DNA of 64,000 nucleotides from Tubiluchus corallicola. Its lineage: Eukaryota > Animalia > Priapulida. This document shows, one piece after another, positions 14,401-28,178 of the stretch. The notes below the pieces were generated by a model. It saw nothing but the letters and a program-made list of their open reading frames with translations, was not told where the DNA came from and did no database searches. The translations under genes were made by a program, and so were the position numbers. How positions within the stretch are numbered: the stretch's first letter is position 1; each line of letters begins with the position of its first letter. The DNA lies in NCBI GenBank assembly GCA_030141605.1, contig JAQGDQ010000007.1, positions 1,475,173 to 1,539,172 on the forward strand, read 5' to 3'.

Positions 14401-17400
14401 CGGTCCTGAAAATAATTATAAGTCTGGTTGCATTCCTTGTTTAGACACTATATGAGCTTAGTTTAGCTTTTCGTAGTAATCCTACACTTTTGATTTGATT
14501 TGACAGGTAGAATGTGACGGTGTAACTACATGTAGCATGTGATTGTGATCAACAGGGAAAGTCTGAAATTTCACTCCAATGACGTTTGTTTAGACTATCG
14601 GACATCTCTGTAATGACTGAATGACATTCAGAGTTGTCATTCTTGATGTCATCCTGTCCTAGCAAGCGTCGCGCGTCTAGACCATCGCTTTTCCTGATGG
14701 AAAACAAAACTAATCAACAAAAGCACTGTGGCCACATTAAGAAACAGACTTTTGATTGGGTAAATATCTCATCACAAAGCGCGTCACTCAAGAATTATAC
14801 AATTTGAATTCATCAGTATCGCATAAAGCGGTCATTCACGCGTGCACAGACTACCAGGAAAGCTTGCCACTCACTTTCACAACTAATCATCGGGTATACC
14901 CTACAATCTAAACGGACATTAATTACCCATAATACTCACAAATAACACTTCAACATGCAGAAACTAGCGCTTCCTAATTACTGTTGTTCGAATAAAATCC
15001 AAAGTAAAGACAGTTTAAATATTCTACTCCTATAATTTATATGACAAAAAAAATTATAGTTGAAACCAATATTAAGCAGACCATAATTAAGCAGACTTAC
15101 AATAGTTTGAATTACAGTAATTTTAACAGCCTGTGGATCTCGAATCTCAGTGGTAAATGATCTTTGTGTGAGCGCCATCAGCTGCTTTAGCCAACTTGCT
15201 TTGTACCTGGGCAGTCAAAGGATATAATTTGTATGTGAAATATGCCAAAAGTTTTAACCTAATAAAACAAAGATTAAGACTTAATCGTAGATACTAATTG
15301 ACGTTTTTATTCTTTCCTCAAAAGCATACATTAGAGAATGTATTGATGTTTTATTAGTGTTTAAGACAATAAATGTCAACCCTAATAAAATACTATTTAT
15401 TATTAACTAGGTGTAAGACACATACTAGGATGGAAAATTAAATTAAGTCACTAATTATAATTAAGCTTTCATGTTTCAAATAACAATATACTTACGGCGA
15501 TCCATAAACCAACAGTTCACCAAACTGAAAAAACAAAATAAAATTGTATATGTACGAAAACATATAGTTACAAAAATATGAGTTTACTCTAGTCTATATT
15601 ACATATTTGTTTAAGTGTAGTTGCTTCAGTTTAAGTGCAATAATTAAGAATAACTAAGAATTCTTACGTCATAGAGTTGCTTGTTCTCGTTGTCCTCCTT
15701 AATCACTTGTTTTATTACTCCACGTTCTGCTGATATCTCAAATGCGTCGCAGATTTTCTAAAAAATGTCCACACTCTTTACCATTCTTTGACTGATAGGC
15801 GCTTTTAGATTGATCACGTTATATGCCATAAGCAAATTTTAAACTTGGGAAAGGGATTTTTTATGGTTATCGTGGTATTTAGACTTAGTTCGTAAACCAT
15901 TTTAGCTGGACACCAAACTTTTAAAACATTACAAAGCTACACACAACTATGTGGAAGTTAATGACAAATTTCAAATCGGTCAGTGATAAAATTATAGAAT
16001 TTATAAAATTACGCCAAGGATAATCAGAAAGATGCCCAAAAATTTGGCGTTTCGAACCGAGGGCTCTCCAGTAATTAAGCTGTATAGTAATTAGGAGTTT
16101 AGTAATGAAAAGAAAGTTGCACGATTTTGCCACTGACAGCCGAAGAACTCTTCACGGGTTATAGCGATTACAAATTATAGTTCTTAATTATCTTAACTAT
16201 CAATCCTGGTAAATTTTTACACCCGTTTAATTTTTTTTACTCCTCATCCCTTTGCATAACCACGTTTATACTTCCATCAGAAATACACGAACCTCAATTT
16301 TATCTCTGCATTGCGTTTCTTTTGCCGGAATGACGGCTAGAATGTCCACATAATAGTCTGCAGGGTTGAATTTTGGGGGGCATCTCAAATTCAGACTATC
16401 AAAATATCCATGAAGAGCTTTCGTTGAACCCAAATATGCTACTCTGCCTTCTGCCATCAACAGCAGCCTGAAAACCGTAAACACCGTAACTTGAATGCAA
16501 CATTATTCCTTCATAACCTTCATTATCAGGAATCCAAAATAATAAAGGAATGGAATGTGTTTTTTGCTTTACGGGTTACCATCTGGTTTTTTAGCTGTGA
16601 CTATTGCTAGTTGATAACTTAATTAAAGTCACTTGAATTTTCAAGTGATGTTATGTAGTTTTATGGTTGTTAGAGGCTGAATAAAACCATGTAGCCAAAT
16701 GTTGCAATTTTCAATACAAATGTTTTCAAAACTAGTTTGGGCACCTTTTACCCTTCGTTATTCTCGAGCAAATCTGAAGTATGTGTACTTCGCATCCAAA
16801 TCAACACATTTTAGAAAACCAAAAATCCATAAGCAAAACAAATTCATTTGGTAGTCTGGATAGGCAAAACTGGTACAATAAAGAAATCTATAACAGTCGT
16901 ACTTTACCTGTCAAACATAGCGTACAATTCCGACGCAGGCTGATGTATGGTACACAGAATAGTTCGTCCTTTACTAGCCATGTCTTTCATGACCATGACA
17001 ACATTTTGTGCCATAAAAGAATCTAAGCCAGAAGTCGGTTCGTCACAAAACATTAACTTTGGGTCTGTTAACACCTAGTAATTAGAAAAAAGCTTAAATA
17101 AATTATGATTCAACAGACGATGCCTCTAGATAGAGTTTAGTTTTGAGACGGCCATAGCCTTCGCTCTATTAGTATAGGAATACAATATTATCATAACTGA
17201 TCAGCGACTGTAACTCATATATTGAAAAATGCTGAGCGTGAGTTACAGTTTAAGCTTGCCATGTGGGTATATGAAGACAAACGTTGGATGCAAACAAGCA
17301 AAAATGTGTACAATCTCATCTTATCTCAATTCTCTAATCTCCTATCTCTAATAAAAACACTGTTGGAATTTCAAGTTCCTAGTTCCTTTGGGTCACGGCT

Positions 17401-20400
17401 ACTTTTGCCAACATCCGAAAAGCTCTAACTGCAAATTGGATGTTCAAGTTGGTTTAAAAAAAGAGCTAAAGATTTGGCTAGTTTTGGTGGTATTGAACTC
17501 TTTAAAAATGCTTGATTATTGTTACTAAACTTAGAACATTCATTTGGTGCTAACAGAAAAGGGGATTTTCGTATATGTTTAAATACTATTTTTGTTCTTC
17601 CCCAGCATGTAATGGCAACAAAATTGAGTTTTTATATAAAGGGTATGAACGGAATCCTATACATAAGAAAGCGTGAATAGGAATTTATACCTTCTAATAT
17701 GTAGAACTCTGGGAATTCCCCTTTCTACAGGAATTTAATTTTTATTCCAATTCCATTCATTTTTCCACAAAAGGTATTCTCATAGGAATTCCACCGAATA
17801 CCCATACATAAGAAATTAAAGTTAAGCATGCATGCTTTAAATAAGAGCGTACGTACTTCACACGCAAACGCGAGACGTTTTTTCTCTCCTCCTGAAATGC
17901 CTTTCATTCTGCCAGGAATACCAATCAGCGTATTCTCGCATGACTTGAGACTAAACTGCAATATTTAATGAAATCGCTTTAGTTCATGTTCTGGCTTGAA
18001 ACATACATAAAATTTTCACTTTTCAGACCTTTTAGTTTTTTTATTTCATAGTTAGTATCATCGTAACTGAATAAGATGCTCAGATGACTATAAAATTAAT
18101 ATTAATTGCTGCAGTTTTTTAAAAGTAGCAGTATAAAAATTTTATAGTACTTCAAAAGTTTTTACGGGAAATCAGAGTTTCGCTTGAGAGAAAACTAGAG
18201 TTTCAAGCTGCTGTAATTTGCCTACTTTAAAACAAATAGAATTTTGTTCATATGTTGCGTGGAATTTTTTTGCACATGATAGCTTAAAAACGACATCTAC
18301 TTTATTAGCCTTTTCTCCAAAATTTAGCAATTAAATGTAATAAATATTCGTTACTTCAATCAACGCCTCTTCTACTTTTTCCATACGCTGTTGGTAAGAT
18401 AACTTTTCATCCATCCTTAAAAGAGCCTATAAATTGAAGAAATGTTTATTAAAACCAGCCAATCATTCTACGTATTCTCCCAACTTTGCTTTTAAAATAG
18501 CAGAACAGAAAAGTTTTAAAATTCGGACTGTTATATCTTTGAGTTTTCTGTTGCTCACGTGAATTTTAAGGATTCACGGTGGTAAATGAAACGTCTGCTA
18601 TAATACATTACATATAAAATGTACGGAGGAGGAAGATCAAGAGGTTGAGTAACACGAATGTGTGTGAATGAGTCTGTACTTCAATAAATAGGACCTTAGG
18701 TTCAACCTTGAATGTTATTGAGTTACCCATTCGGCGAAAGCAGCTGGATTTTATCACTAGAAATGCACGAAATAAATTGGTTTAGTTCAATTTTGACTAT
18801 TATCGCGTTTACTCATTTTTCTCGAAAGCACCTGAATTTTATTACTTGTAATGCAACTAATTTGCTGCTGCTTCAAACTCAGCAGCTTGGTCAGTCAGAG
18901 GGCATCATTTGCGATAAATTTTAAATAATAAATACAACTAACGTTTTATTTTAATCATTACTATTGAGCGAGTAAGGTTTCCAATCTACTTAGGTAAATT
19001 GCCTACATATAGTATTCTATTCTGTCTACCGCAACTAACACATGATGAGAGTACTATTGTTGTTTTAGTTATGTAGACAAGCTGAGTAACTGTTTTCAAG
19101 TGATTAAGCTTGTTTTCAGAAAAAAGTATCAAAAAGTAGGCCTACCTGAAACTTTAAATGTTCTCTCACGGTAAGCATACCAAGAAAGAGATCGTCTTGC
19201 TGGACATAGGCTGAAATAGATCGTATGCCAGGTCCAAGAAAATGGCCATTTATTTTCACCGTACCATGCAGAGTAAACGCACTAGTGTGCCTGTGCGTAA
19301 GCACATTTAATAGTGTACTTTTCCCAGAACCACTGAAATTTAGATTTACACTTATTTATTACATCTTAATGCAAAGAACAATACACATTTAATTTAGTCT
19401 AATACACATTTACATTTAACATGTAACATGTGATTATGTACCATGTGCAATAAAACAAAATAATAGCGACAGTATTATATCGACAATCGGATTGCCCGTC
19501 CCACTACCACGCGTGACGAGTAGCACAACTGTTTATATTTACGAAGTATGGATTCGCAGTAGCCAACTAATCCGACTTTAAGGATGCAGCTCCCGATATC
19601 GCGTACGAAACAATAGAAGCTAAGCTACTGATGATTGTTGGCAATACAATAAAAATCAATTTACAATTATTATATTCACATTAGGCAAAAAGACTGAAGC
19701 TCTATTTATTTGTAAATTTACAATTAAATAAAAACCACTTGCAAATTTAGTTAATAACTGTATTATAAGTCCAACACTTGAAAATTTTTAGTTGATTTGT
19801 TGCAAATTCTAATAAAATTACATTATCGTCAACAGATAGATCTCTGTAAGTTTTACTCTTCTTAAATTGAATTATTCATCTGTGCATAGGCTTATAACTT
19901 TGGTGAAGTATTATTCATATATGATTATACCTTGAAGACCACGATGACGACGACGACAAAATGATGATGATGTCAAGTGATGACGAAGATAATAACGATG
20001 ATGATGTCGGTGACAACAATGATAACGACAATGACGACAATGTTTTGACAGGGATGATGAAGAGATGAAGACAGTAACAGCGATGATTACTTTGAAAAAA
20101 ACTGCAATCATAAAGAAAATGATAAAGATTACCTGGCTCCCATAATGGCTAGCAGAGTTCCACCTTCTACATATCCAGTAACTATAACATGATAATACTA
20201 CGTTTCATAAACTTGACTGTACAGTTTGTTAATTTTACGCCCTCACATTCTGTTTAAGTAGATATCTGTTTGGTTTAGATTATGTTTATGAAAATTGTGT
20301 TGTCAATTTACGTATGTAGTTTAATTGGTCAAATTCGTTATATCATCTTTCAAAGAATTACTAATTTATTTTTTATTTTAACGCACTAATAAATTAGGTT

Positions 20401-21497
20401 AATAGTACTGTTTTAAATTTTTAGGCACCTGACAATGCTGTCGAAATGTTGTGTTCAAACCTTAGTTACTAGTAAAAGCATTTAGTAATGGGGTTTTACA
20501 TACTTAAGTATTGTGGTGTAATCTTGCGGTTTTAAGCAAACTATTCGCACTAATTTCTCTCCTTTCAAACATAAACTTAACAGAAATAATCGTGTTCGCT
20601 ACACTGTTTTGCTTATTCAATTATTGCTTCACATTGCTTTTCATCTAAGGAAGAATAATTGTCTATAAAAATGAAGAGCTACATTTGGTTGGTAGCTGAA
20701 AAGCATCAATTATGGTGCTGTGATAAGAAGAAAGAAAACTCACTGTCATTCTTGTCCTACATAAATAAACTTACACAAAATAAACATCAAAACAATAATA
20801 CCATTTCGAAGAACATGCTTCGCGTGTGTCCGTTTTCGTTGGTAACCCATATTTGAGTTGTGACTTTCATGATGTGTCCATACATTTATTTCCTCCCAAG
20901 TTAAGGTAATCTGAAAAAGTTGGACGTCGGATTAAGAGTGCACAAAATGAAACGTAACTAACTGACACGAAAAGGGCCGGTTTATGAAATGTACGTAGTT
21001 TGTACTACTGTGCCTAGTTTGTGTTAGGTTTGAAGCCCCAAACACTGCAGCATTTCCTGCATTTCATCCACTCGGAAAGCTTCTTCTACAACTGATAATA
21101 ATTTTGCTTATCACTCCTAAAGTCCTCTATCTCTCTGAAGGTTTAGCTTACTTAACTGAAAAGCTAGGCGATTGTAACTAACATATTTTTAGGGATGCCA
21201 TTAATAGCCTCAAAAAGAATTTTTGTAGAGGCCATTGTGGCTAATTAGCTAACCGGCAAATCGTTTCTAGCAGCAGATTTTTTATCTATTATCATCAACC
21301 TGCTATTAGACTATTCGACATGTTGTTTAAAAAATAATATTCTCACATTAAGTGCACAAAAATTTGGGCTCAATAATGTTCAGTACTGCAGTAGTTTTGT
21401 TTCATAAGCATGTACTGTTACAAAATGAGCCCTCGTTTATATATGTAATGGACCTTAGCAGATAGCTACTTCGATAATAATATTAATAATAATGATA

Positions 21498-21584
<87 letters not shown>

Positions 21585-21812
21585 AATAATAATAATAATA
21601 ATGTCACTTACCGTTTCAACCTCACTAATACCAAGCACACATGTAGCTAGGCGGTCAAGCAGCTTGATGTCCCTTGTTTCGAATTGAACAGCTGGTTCCA
21701 AATCATGTTCCACTTCACCCAGACTTTCTTCATAGGCTTTGTTTTCAATGCCATCTACATCTACATTTAACTGATCATCGTGAATAATAGGTTCGTGAAG
21801 CGAAGCAGCCAT
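5488..21812 (-). CDS. White-like ABCG half-transporter, copy A (19 exons, ~674 aa)
   Basis: Exons: 21612-21812, 20802-20910, 20133-20181, 19146-19332, 18355-18426, 17857-17955, 16908-17074, 16293-16467, 15668-15757, 15496-15524, 15101-15206, 13976-14107, 13450-13542, 8651-8708, 8011-8088, 7144-7249, 6355-6455, 6173-6243, 5488-5589. They sum to 2025 nt in one open frame. Motifs: Walker A GASGSGKST, Q-loop AYVQQDD, signature ISGGEKKRL, Walker [16 protein letters not shown]-loop TIHQP, NPAD, then an ABC2 membrane domain ending RAKKAA*. Confidence 0.9.
8902..11710 (-). mobile_element. Degenerate non-LTR retrotransposon (LINE with gag-type CCHC ORF1 and APE endonuclease; RT core deleted)
   Basis: ORF1 zinc knuckles [15 protein letters not shown] and [13 protein letters not shown] (11478-11681). 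APE motifs QVNINCFS...DIIALQE (~11330-11420), [11 protein letters not shown] (~11000) and SVIDLILC (~10890). Post-RT motif CGIPPLDI (~9975). Degenerate C-terminal Cys/His motif [10 protein letters not shown]...TPKHFDCP (~9445-9520). A-rich 3' end near 8905-8930. Many stops and frameshifts. Confidence 0.85.
11745..12250 (+). mobile_element. Degenerate LINE reverse-transcriptase fragment on the opposite strand
   Basis: The 201-aa ORF at 11745-12350 contains AKKANRKLY. With a local frameshift it continues [24 protein letters not shown], which resembles the RT motif FxDFxKAFDxV. Later HYIYL-SVIT-D and [29 protein letters not shown] resemble RT domain 7/thumb regions. The middle RT motifs are absent. 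Confidence 0.65.
17641..17803. mobile_element. Possible small MITE relic
   Basis: gggtatgaacggaatcctat at the left end is an imperfect reverse complement of ataggaattccaccgaataccc at the right end. Internal GGAAT/ATTCC motifs recur. Confidence 0.4.
19940..20090. repeat. Degenerate (GAT/GAC)n trinucleotide repeat
   Basis: Directly visible in intron 3 of A. Confidence 0.8.
21484..21602. repeat. (AAT)n(AAC)n(AAT)n compound microsatellite
   Basis: Directly visible; it begins a few bases after the exon 1 donor of A. Confidence 0.97.
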
Positions 21813-22492
21813 TCTAGCAAAGTGCTCATTAAAAGACAGCAGTGGTCTGTTCTAAAATATTAATCTCAAACCTTCTTGAAGCGCAATAACAAAAACAAAA
21901 TGATCACGCAAGTCCTAATTAATTCGTTCCACGCATGCAAATGTAATTTCAGAGTGAATTCAAGCTACGCGAAATAATTTTGTAAATGCGATAAATGCTC
22001 TATTTCAATAATTAAGGGTGAAAAACATATTAATTTAATTAAATAGAATACCTATGTGACCTTGGCTACACACTCGATCGCTTAATTGTGACTTTGACAA
22101 GGCTGATATATAGCTAACATTCTTCGTAAAACAGTGTTGTTGTAGTATTGTGAAGCACATACACATGCATTGTGATTGTGATTTTTTTGTAATTTATCAT
22201 GCATTCTTACCAAAAAATCTAATAAATTAACCATTTAGCAAGCATAATTAGTAGGTGAAAGTACAAAGTAGCCATCCAAAGTATAATATATGCAGGACTG
22301 TTGTTTTTAGTAAACAAAAATTTATGATACCTGTAATAATTAAACAAGTGCACGCGTGAGTGTGAATACGGTATAAAAACAGCAAGTAAAAATAACCAGG
22401 TTTGCGTACACAAATATTTTAATACAAAACGTTATACAGTTTTTATTGCATCACAAAGAATTATGTACAACTACACGCACGCACCTACGCGG

Positions 22493-22493
<1 letters not shown>

Positions 22494-22544
<51 letters not shown>
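22494..22544. repeat. (CA)n microsatellite
   Basis: Directly visible. Confidence 0.97.
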
Positions 22545-22545
<1 letters not shown>

Positions 22546-22815
22546 AAGTAAATAAATCATTCTAGATGAGACATAGTGTGATTAACAGCTAGAATCAAAC
22601 ATCAATTACCACCTTTGACAGCGTGTCTCATGTATACCAGTCTAAATTCAGCCTTGATTCAGGAAATTTAAAGCATATCTTTAAAACTCTTACAGTTTTG
22701 AAACAAATCAATATATTCAGATTAAATTCAACCTAATTTAGATTTTCAAAACTTAGATAATTAAGGGTTTTTAATTTTGCGCTTTAAAGACCAGACCAGC
22801 AGACGTCACATCAAC

Positions 22816-22917
22816 CTAGCTTGCTTTCCTGGTGCAGAATGACAGAATGCTGAAATCCAGAAACCTATGTCTGACTAGAAGCACAAATAACAAACCGATG
22901 TTCAGATACATGTTATC
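22816..22917 (-). pseudogene. Orphan ABCG terminal exon (exon 19 relic)
   Basis: Translates [33 protein letters not shown], homologous to the last exons of B, C and D. The acceptor is mutated (CGG instead of CAG). The flanks resemble the B/C 3' UTR and intron 18. Confidence 0.8.
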
Positions 22918-23298
22918 CCGAAAAAAGACACAGAGAAAACATTATAGCAAGCTTACAGAAGAAAAAATGAGTCAGACTGGCTTATAGACCAAATTGCTGT
23001 TAATGCTATATGACACTTGCTATAATGCTATGTTTGTTTTAACACGGCTAACCAGTCACACAGTACCAAACATTTTCTTCAATAAATGAACTCAGTAGTG
23101 GGATATCGCTCAACTACATCAATTTCTGTCTGGCTTCTTAAAGCATGCGGTCACAAGTCCTAAAAACTGAAACTTTTTGTAGCACGTATCTGCTCTCTAC
23201 ACCTCGTGAAACAAAAGCTCTCTTTGTAAATAGAAGAATACATAGAAGATAAATGCAAGATCAGCAGTTAAATTAATATTTATTAGCTGGTACTAACA

Positions 23299-23388
<90 letters not shown>

Positions 23389-23406
23389 TATTTATTTATT
23401 TTATTT
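23299..23406. repeat. (ATT)n microsatellite grading into (ATTT)n
   Basis: Directly visible. Confidence 0.97.
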
Positions 23407-24802
23407 CAGACATTTATATTCCATAGAAGAAGAATAAAATAAGGCACAAGTAAAAACACAAAGTTAGCTTACAGAAACGTAGTAAACTTATATACAAGAA
23501 AGGTCTTATATCGTCTTAAACTTAGATCGTCTTTCTTTTGTTGAAAGATACATAATACATAATAATACATAATTTTGATGCATAACAATTTAGGACTACT
23601 TCTCAATATTTATGCTGTTTATTTACGCTGCAGTTTGACGAGTCTAATGCTACTATAAACACATGCAAATTTAACTTTCTAAACAGCTTTAGCTTAGAGT
23701 AAATCTTGTATATTGGCCACTGTCTTCACCCATTAATGACGTCATATCCATTTCTGCAGTGGCACCAGTCTTGGTACTACATGCTGCACTTTGAACTTTG
23801 AAGCAGAAATAATCTTATGTTCGATGTTGTAAACGATGAACTCCTCAAAGAAATCGTAAAAAGTATCACATGTATCCCCCTACCGGACAGCCCAGCCCAG
23901 CCCAGCCATAAAACTGTCAATTTGAAATTTGTGCAAAATACAGTTTAGGTACGACACAATATCTTGACAGCAATACGCCTGACACTTTTTCTGAAACCAG
24001 AAATTTCCAAATTGCCTGTTTTAAATATTAGCCGTATTGTGATATTGCTGACCTTAATCAGAATTAGGATTACTGGAGAAATTGATAAAATGACCTACGC
24101 CGTAACAAAAACCTATTGACGTCACTTGACTCACTACTTACACAAAGACTGTAAATGTCGTATCTATTGATGTCAACACCCCCAACCTCCACTGCCGTTA
24201 TCACCTAACCTCTAATGGCGTTAAAGTTAAAAAATCAGCCTAAGATATTTCATCTTTTTGAAAAGTTTTGCATATTTCCCCCAAAGGTCAAAAATCAACA
24301 TGATGGCTGAAGCAGCTCCATGTTTCTGACTTTGCCCTCTTTTATGCTACCAACTATTGGTCTTACTTATTAAACATAGTTGTAACTACTGCTTAATTAG
24401 GTCTAAGTTAACAGAAGTACAATGCTAAGAAATTCACTAAATATAGGCTTGAGCTTGAAGTAAAAGTTCCAAAAATTTATGCTGAAGGAGCGCATAAAAC
24501 TGCAATTCAGGCTAGAAAAAGTAAAAATACGTTCTTTTTGGGGTGGCAAAAAAACTTTCATAAAGCTTCAATAAATTATTAGTCCTGCTCTGGCTGATTC
24601 ACTCTGAAGTTTTAAGAACAGAATTGATTATATGCCACTAGTTTAATCAAAATTGAAAGTCAGTAGAATGATCTAATCCAAGTTTTGCATGGAAGACATT
24701 TTCGACCCGTTTAACAGGTGAAATGTAAAAAAAGTAAAAAAAAATACGAAACTGAAATGATAAAGTTATCTAGGAGGATGGGATTTCGCAAGAAAACTCA
24801 TG

Positions 24803-24880
24803 GGCACAGGAAACAGATTGGATTAATCAGCACTGGAAACAGACTAGATTCACAACGGCACAGGAAACAGGTTGGATTCA
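24803..24880. repeat. Minisatellite, 3 x ~27 bp
   Basis: A gcacaggaaacagattggatt-like unit occurs at ~24803, ~24830 and ~24858. Confidence 0.75.
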
Positions 24881-27800
24881 TTTTTACGCCAGGTGTGCAG
24901 CTTCAAAAGTGCAGCCGGTTCATCCACCCGATAGCTTCATACTCTCATGAGCACAAGTTTACCCGCCATAGTGATTATATCATTCAATTTGAGCATCAAA
25001 AGCAATTTAATTTTTAAGCAGCAGGATTCGTCTAATATCTTATTTGACTTTTGACAAAAATTTCTCAACAAGATCTTATATAAAATATTCGAAGTCAGTA
25101 GGTCAGTTGCTCAAATGGCTCATTTTGTTCAGCAACATAACCTGGAGCAAAGTGCGATATCACCTAATAAAATGCGCCAAATAGTCTTCTTTAAATTCAT
25201 GGAAGAAACAATTTAACTATTATGTGCGATTAATGCCATAACAAAAACTCAAGTGTTTGTAATAATACTTAAAGAGAAACAATAGGGAACTTTCACAAAG
25301 AATTTTCCGTACAAAGTCCTGTTATGTAGCATTACCCTTATGTACTTGTGTGATGTCTTATGTAATTGAAAAATAAAGTTTGTAATCATTTAAAATGTGT
25401 GCGCGAACTGGTAAATACATTTCAGGGTGCACAACTGGGTCACCAAAAAATACAATTGATCTTATTGACAATGTAAAGTACTTGAAGCTTTTGCTTAGTT
25501 GTCGAAGAATAAGCTACGAAATTGTTTAAAATGGTTTACCGTTAAAATTTAGTAAGTAGCAAATTCTGAGGAGCATTTTCTTGTGCTTTTATTATTTTGA
25601 TAACTCGGTCAGTATGGTGATAATCGTACATAGTAGTCGACTGATTTCGAATTACATCCAGAAGTGGTCTTCTCTACTGCTGATATCTCAAGGCACACGC
25701 GTACTGTTGCCCCCGTCCCCTGGCTATGCAAACAAATGGCGCTTGAAAAGAATGATAATTTAGTTAACTACCTTAGTAGAATATTCGTTTTGTTAAATTT
25801 AAAGATATGACCTTTTTAAAACAGCAGTTGTTACCACAAAACAGAAAAACATGGAGCTGAAAAAGCAAAACATGTAAACAATGGAGCTAAAGAGCAAACG
25901 TGTAAATAACTATATAAATGTATATAAGAAACGAGTTAATCTAATGAACAAATCATTTGAAAAGAGCTGCAGTTCAACTCAAGTTGCACAATATACATCG
26001 TGTGTTGGGGTCTGAGTCATTAATGCTGTTACAGACTCACGATTACATTTTGGTACCAAGTTTAACTTAACCGGAAATGCGGAAAAGTTGAAGTGAAGTC
26101 TGGATTTAAAAGAGGGACATTCTGTTTACAAGACATCATGTATTTATGACCGAACAAAAATCATAGACGGTTTCTTACTATCAAAAACCGTTTAAGTTAG
26201 ACCGAATAAACTGTCCGGTGATTTCGAAGCTTATCAAGTAAAAAAGCTGTAGCTGTAACGAACAATCATGATTTGACACTTTAGTCCGAAATAAGCAGAT
26301 ATTAGCTTAGAGCTGAAACTTTTAAAATCCTAACTATACTAAATAAACATAGAATTAAATTAACTCTAGCTAATGATTATAAAAACAAAATTAGTTACAT
26401 ACCTCTTCGTCATGTTAAAACACTTGTCAAAAATTCAGAAGTTTTTGGTCAAAAGTCTATAGCTGATTCGAATTTAGAACGCAGACGCCTGTAATCAAAA
26501 ATCTTTAGTTAGTCTGGCAGGAAAAGCGCGGATTATTAAAATTACTACTCGATTAATTATAACATATCGTAGTCAGATAATTTTCCAACTGGTTATTCCC
26601 AGTCGAATTTTCTGCTGGTTTGTTTCCGTTTCGCCTTGTCTCAATGACAAAAAAATTAAATGGAAAAATCGATAGAACAGGACAGGCAAACACATATTGA
26701 GAAGAAACAACGGATAGCAAGAGATATTCAAGCTTTGAAAATAAAATCTGTAAAAGAACATTATACAGCTCTGGCTGATGTAATTTAAGTTACGCCTGTT
26801 TAATGCAGGCAACGACGTAAACGAGTCCGTCAACGTGAAACCTAGTTTGTTATTTGTAAACCCTCAAATTAATTTTTGTGTAGGCTTATATAGGATTTAA
26901 ATTTATTCGAACTAGAATTAAAGCTGTAAACTTTTAATCTTAACTTCTAACCAGTAGGCTTGGTAAGCAAAAGTGTGTGACCACTTGTAACAGTGTCCGC
27001 CATAACTTATTTTGACCAGTAAGTCTACTTACACAGCTCACTGTACCGTACGTTGACTCAGCACAGAACAATAGAACAAATATTAAATGCACATAATATA
27101 TAAAGCACCATAATTACGCTTTGACCATTGACGTCTCTAAGCCGAAAGAGTAATTTGGACGTGTCACGGGTTTTTATATGCAGACTGCAGTGTATCCTGT
27201 TCCTTGCGTAGCATGTATACAGAATGTTTTATACGGTTTATTTTACCACCGGTAATAATAGTTTCAAGACCATCATGTGCCTTCGTGCTAAAGTATTCTC
27301 TCTCTCACTCTCATCGCTCGCTCTCTCTCTTTCTGTTCTCTTTGTCTTTGTTTTTCTGTTAAACACTTTCTGACTATTATTATCAATTTTTCTTTCACTT
27401 TTTTCTCCTTGCTGTTGAGCTCTTTCTTTTGTATTTTTATTCATTTATTTCATTCGGTTGCTTAGACAATGAAAAAAATCACAATATCGGACATAATATA
27501 CAGACAATGACGACATATTACAAATATATACTAGAAAAAATACTAGAAAGTTAGGAAGCTTTTATTGACACACTGCAAATAACAGTAGCCTACAATCACT
27601 TATACATATTATAATATTTTTGCAAAGAATCGCATAAATACTGAAAGAACCCGAAGCGTTGAACGTGTGTTAAACAAATCAGACTATTTAATCATTTAAT
27701 CATTTAAATCCTCTAGATTTTAACATTGTATAACATCTTAATAATATGTAGCATGTATGGGTGTCCTGCCATAAGCCATAGTTTCTTAGGTCTCCCTTTA

Positions 27801-28178
27801 TTATCTTTTTTAATAACAGTGATCATTTTCGCGTAATTTTTTTTACTTTATTGATTATATATGTATTTCAAAATTAATGTGATTGCGATATATGTTAAAT
27901 CAATAAATTATTTTAAGGTTGAATTGAATTTGAGCATTTCGGCTTTATAAACTGCCGCTGTAAAAACCTATTACATGTCCACGGTAAAGAAAAAACTAAA
28001 TGCAAAACAGTGAGTTTGTTGGATTTAGGAATACATTGCTGATTTAGCACTTTAACAAGGAAATACTAAATTTAAGTGTAGATAATTAACTTCGGATTGG
28101 AAAAGCTTCAACATAAGATAAGCATCGACTTTAATTTTGCACTTTAAATGCATCTATTTCTGGCATCATGTCATCAAC

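Noticed and set aside
21483-21611. Poly-I/V transmembrane-like tail on the exon 1 ORF of A
   Set aside because: It lies past the GTAAGT donor at 21611 and is an intronic microsatellite.
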